The notes under the pieces are model-generated. The model was not told the origin of the DNA. It made no database searches and saw nothing but the letters and a program-made list of their open reading frames with translations. DNA of 64,000 nt. It comes from Cetorhinus maximus (Eukaryota). Both the position numbers and the translations under genes were made by a program. Shown here piece after piece: positions 59,538 to 64,000 of this stretch. How positions within the stretch are numbered: position 1 is the stretch's first letter; every line of letters starts with the position of its first letter. The stretch spans positions 48,546,001-48,610,000 of the forward strand of contig NC_135881.1 of assembly GCF_964194155.1 (NCBI RefSeq), written 5' to 3'.

Positions 59538-61594
59538 GGGCCTGGATTTTCACAATGACAAAGAGGCTCTCAACCATTGTGAAAATGGCAGAAAAGATCA
59601 AAAATCAGAAATCCCACCCCTGAACACAGCACTTACCATTTTCATGGGGGCGGGAATAGGCCCTGGTCAGGATTCGCACATGCAGAGGCAGCTGCCCATA
59701 TAACAGAAGCAGCCTCCACTCTGTCTAATTTTGGTGACCCAACTGTGTGAATCATGACGTGCACAGGTTTGATCTGGTAGGAGCAGGTCTAAACTTTGTG
59801 AGGTACTTTGGAAAGGTGGTGCCCTTTCTAAGAGGTAGGATACCTCTTTGGATATGGTCCTGAAACACCTTTGGGGGAGGTCAGGTACCCTTGGAGGAGG
59901 CCAGGTGCCCTTGGGAGAGGTAAGGTGCTCCTTGGGATTGTTAAATGTAGGCATGAATGTGCACACAAAGTGCATAAACTCATTAACTGTTAAGCTCATT
60001 GGAACTGTGTCAAAACGAACTGTCAAAGGCAACTGTCAAGCATCAAGGCATTTAAAATGCCTGCCTTCTAAATCTTTGATAAAAATGTTTGGAATGTTAA
60101 AAAAAAATCATTGCTTGCTATTTCTCTCTGTCTGTTGACATAAGCCTGAGGTCTATCATAACTGGATTCGTGCTGCATGACTGACTTCACAACCTTCCAG
60201 TATCATGGTAGGGTGCCTGCCATGTTACAGTTTGATTGACAGCTCCAAGTGTTTATAGACACTTTGAAGTGGGACTGTGAATTCCCAATGTTTGTTTTCA
60301 TAAGGTATTAAGAACTTGAATGAAATGTTTGTTTTTTATAAGGATGTAGTGAATGGGTTTCTTCATGATTAGAATGTTTTTAAAAAAAAATAAAGTCTGC
60401 AATAGACACTTAGGGGAGAATTTTCTCCCCGTTGTGCAGGCTGGGCGGGAGCGGGCGGGGGGCAGGCGCATAGCCGATCACTGCCTGCGATTGGCTGCGT
60501 GCCGCCATTTTACGTGGGCTTGACGTGCACCTGGAAGTGCTCAGCCCTCCCTGTGCGGGCAGGGGGAGGAGGGAGAGTCGGGGCCTGTACTTTTTTTGCA
60601 CATGCGCGCGGAAGAGCACAGAAATCTCCCTGAGGCATGGAGCTGCCTCAGAGTTCAATTTCATTGTGAAAACCTGAAAAAAGATTTGAAAAAATTATTC
60701 GGACCAAAAATTTTTATTAAAGTTATAAAACCTTCATGAAACCTCATCCCGCCCATGGATGAGGTTCCATGAAAAATGCGAAGGCCGCCTGGGCTCTTCG
60801 CCTGCCCGCCAACCTTAAGGTTGAATGGGCAACCCTGAGAATCAGTTTAATTAGATAACTAATGGCCTTAACAGGCCTTTGACAGTTCGGCGGGTGTGCA
60901 GCCGACTCCACTGCGCACCCGCCGAACTGAGGATCAGAATCACACACAATGACGTCGGGAAGCACGCCTGACGTCACTGCGTGTCATTTTACACATCGGT
61001 GAGTGGGGCCCACCCACGCACACTGACCAGAAGATTCAGACCTTAGAACTTTACATTATTTAATCTCAGCATGGGTCCTGAGGTCTGCCCATGGTGGATA
61101 CCAGGTAAGCTGGCATGGAAGATGTAAGGGCAAAGGGCGATTGGTGGGGAGGCCATGGGTTAGCATGAGCTGGCATGAAGTTGGCATAGGAGCTATAAAG
61201 GACCATGGGGTGGGTAGAGGTGCATAGGTTGGCATGGGGGCTATGAAGGGCAATGGGGTGGTGGTTAGAGAGTATGTCATGGCATGGGTTGACATGGATG
61301 GCGCATGGGAATGTCCTGGAGGGGGTCTAAGGGAGTGTGAGTGGTGAGGGGTGGAGGGATGTTTTTTGTTTTGTTGCTGTTTAAAAAAATCTTGGACACA
61401 GCGCCGGAGTGCAGGAAGGCCTTCAGCCCAGTCCACTTCCTCACTCGTTCCAGGTGCAGCGGCCAACTCCCAGAGAACCCCACCACACTAGAACGAAAAT
61501 CTGACTCTCCGGGGCACTTTCTCCCAGTTTGGGTTTGCGGAGTCAGGAAATGTCCCGACTCTGCGCACCTGACCCAGGAGCGAAAATCCAGGGT
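59538..61594. mobile_element. Non-autonomous Harbinger-type element containing a nested MITE
   Basis: TIR-like GGCCTGGATTTTC / GAAAATCCAGGGT, CAG on both flanks; interior homologous to 34500-35258. Confidence 0.6.
60413..61042. mobile_element. GC/CpG-rich Harbinger-type MITE (inverted copy of the 37467-38135 family)
   Basis: Ends GGGGAGAATTTT / AAGATTCAGACC; TSD TTA (60410-60412, 61043-61045); internal palindrome catgaaacctcatcc...ggatgaggttccatg. Confidence 0.78.
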
Positions 61595-62487
61595 CAGGAG
61601 TGCAGATTAAGCAAAACAAGGCCTCACGGTCTGTGTGGGGATCGGAGAATTCATGGGTCTTCCATGCCTCCTGAAAGCCGCTCAGCTACCCTTTTGGGGT
61701 TGCCAGCTGCCTCCTAGGGGGGTTCCTTTTTCCAAGACACTGAGTACCTGACTGAAGGATCCAGCAGCAGGAAAGGAGGCTGCATTGGGACCAGAGGACT
61801 CACCATCTGCTTCATCCTCCTCAACCCCGCCAAATCGCCGATACCGGTTTCTGTGTTAAAATTGGCTCTTTAAGATAACAAAAGCTAAGGAAATGTCTAA
61901 ATAATTCTCAAAATGCAATCTCCACTGCTTATTGTGGTACGTTGGTGATAATGCGATTGCACGGTTTGCATGCAGTGAAGTGACTACCTTATAAAGCTTG
62001 TTATGGTGAGTCTGAGATATTTAAATCCTTTGTCCTGGTATCACTAACTGCTTCACCTACTGTCTGGCTCCATATTGGAATGTTGTTGCTCTGGGCTTGC
62101 CATTATTACTCTTGAGAGTGGAAAGTATTTTGCATCTTTTCATCTTGTCGCTTGGATGGTTTATATGAATTGGCCCTCATTCAAGAATGCAGGCAAGCTT
62201 GATTGCTTCAATAAATCCCTCTTATCATCATACCTGTTTATGATAAAGATGAATGTGACAGTGATCTACATACTTTGCAATTATAGGTCAATAATAGGAC
62301 AGTAAGCTATAGTTCACTGCCAGCTCGAGGTAATATACAAGTATATATCTCTAAGAATAAAAAGATAATTGCACTTTAATGAGGTGCAAATGACTGACTG
62401 CTTCTGGCTGTGATACCTGCCCTGCTTAACACACTATAAACAGTGACTTTGTTATCAACCACAATAGTAAAAGGACATGGTTCACAC

Positions 62488-62635
62488 AAAAATAAAAACA
62501 GAAATGCTGGAAATACTCAGCAGGTCAGGCAGCATCTATGGAGAGAGAAACAGAGTTAACGTTTCAGGCTTGTGATCCTTTGTCAGATGAACTTTTCAGT
62601 TCTGATTTCCAGTATCTGCAATACTTTTCTTTTGC
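62488..62635 (-). mobile_element. Short Penelope-derived end with degenerate hammerhead motif
   Basis: Reverse complement of the 405-510 type sequence; minus strand CTGACAA-AGGATCACAAGCCT-GAAA-CGTT-AAC at ~62555-62586. Confidence 0.6.
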
Positions 62636-63149
62636 AATGGTTGGCACTGCTGCCTGATTTAAATAGTTGTCTGATTTAAACTTGAGTGGTTTAATTGTGT
62701 GGGACTGTGCCTAATTGAGTGTTAGTTTTCTTATACATTGCGGGGATATTTGTGTATAATATTAAAGAAGCATAATTATCCTGGTAGTGATTTATATGCA
62801 GAAGTGAACATTGGTAACAATGGTGATGTGGTGATGTATCCATCATGAGTTTATCAAAATTTGTGTTTATTCTGAAAAGAGTCACCACCTAACTGGGCCA
62901 TTCTTTATAAATAAACCCAAACGGTAGGGTTTGGCTGGCGATTCAAGCACATGGGGCATCATTGTCCAACCTAAACTCATTTTCCCCTATATACCCATTC
63001 CACCAGAGATCGCTGAATAGCAATCAAAATTATAAACTGTAGCTGTTCCACTTTCATAATCACTCAATCTTGGGGAAGTAAGATGACTTGTATCACCCTT
63101 ACTGGTAACCTAACAGAGATCGGGCCTAAGGGCCTATCTCCCTTAGCGG

Positions 63150-63585
63150 AGAAGTTAGTGATTAGTGGGCATTGGTTTAAAGTGGTTGGTAGAAGGATTG
63201 GAGGGGAGATGAGGAAAGATCTTTCACCCAGAGGGAGGTAAGAGCCTCACTGCCCGAAAGGGTAGTGGAGGCAGAATCCCTCAACTCATTTAAAATGGTG
63301 TCTGGATATGCACCTGGAGTCAAATAACCACCAGGACTATGGACCACTGCTGGAAAATGGCATTAAGTGAGTGGCTTGTTTTTTGTCCAGCATAGACACG
63401 ATGGGCAGAGTGGCCTCCATTTGTGCTGTAAATTTTTCTACGTTTTCTACATTTTCTAAATATCTGAAAAGGAAGAATGTGCAGGCTTGTGGGTAAAGGG
63501 TGGGGGAGTGGCAGTACATGAATTCCTCTTTAGGAGAACCAGCATGGACACGATGGGTCAAATGGTCTTCTATTGTGCTTGTCAA
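63150..63585 (+). mobile_element. CR1 3' fragments (two tandem tails)
   Basis: gggcattggtttaaagtg...gatgaggaaagatctttcacccagagg...gacacgatgggcagagtggcctcc, then a second ggacacgatgggtcaaatggtc tail. Confidence 0.7.
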
Positions 63586-63650
63586 GAAGATATAATAATG
63601 TTTATAATGTTATTGGGAATTATTTTAAAATAGAGCTTAGTGGTATCTAT

Positions 63651-64000
63651 GGGCTGAATTTTCTGGCTGGCAGTGAAGGTGACGCAAGTCCGGAGGCTGG
63701 GCCATCAGGACAGGCTAGGCCAGAGGAAAGGTCATTGGGGTGGAGCGGGAGCAGGTGCGGGCGGGTGCAGACTCAATCGCCACTTGCAATCGTGTCTGCA
63801 CTGCCATTTTACGTGGGTGGGCCAATTAAGGCCCCGCCCAGCATACTTCACGCCTCCCGTGCACAGTGGGAGTGGGCGGGTGGTGGCGGGCACACTCAGC
63901 CCACTAGGTTCAATGGCAATCCTGCGGCCTGTATAAAGGAAGGCCCTGGCAGCCTTGGAAAAGCTGCTCGCAGTTGCTGGACGAAGGGCTCTGCAGAGGG
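63651..64000. mobile_element. Harbinger-type MITE running off the window end
   Basis: Starts tat|GGGCTGAATTTT; gccattttacgtggg motif shared with 60413-61042. Confidence 0.65.

Overview
Eukaryotic (vertebrate) genomic DNA, most likely a cartilaginous fish, inferred from the repeat complement (HER1-like CR1 LINEs, SacSINE1-like DeuSINEs, Penelope ends, Harbinger MITEs). The window appears to lie inside one large minus-strand gene of the GPR158/GPR179 class C GPCR family. Two coding exons are visible: 31266-31368 (103 bp, EGF-like cysteine-rich stalk) and 2976-3190 (215 bp, end of stalk plus TM1). They have canonical AG/GT sites, matching phase, and a 28-kb intron between them. The rest is intron filled with nested, decayed transposons: two Gypsy LTR elements plus a possible older relic, CR1, L2 and a second CR1-group LINE with its partner SINE, two PIF/Harbinger relics with many MITEs, and Penelope ends carrying minimal hammerhead-ribozyme motifs. 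Almost all ORFs in the track are transposon fragments or chance ORFs. I found no convincing new multi-gene system. The best leads are the divergent GPR158-like gene (possible third paralogue), a Gypsy whose RT/RNase H is replaced by a Lys/Glu-rich segment, and three intronic hammerhead motifs. All calls were made by eye; TE boundaries are approximate unless TIR/TSD coordinates are given.
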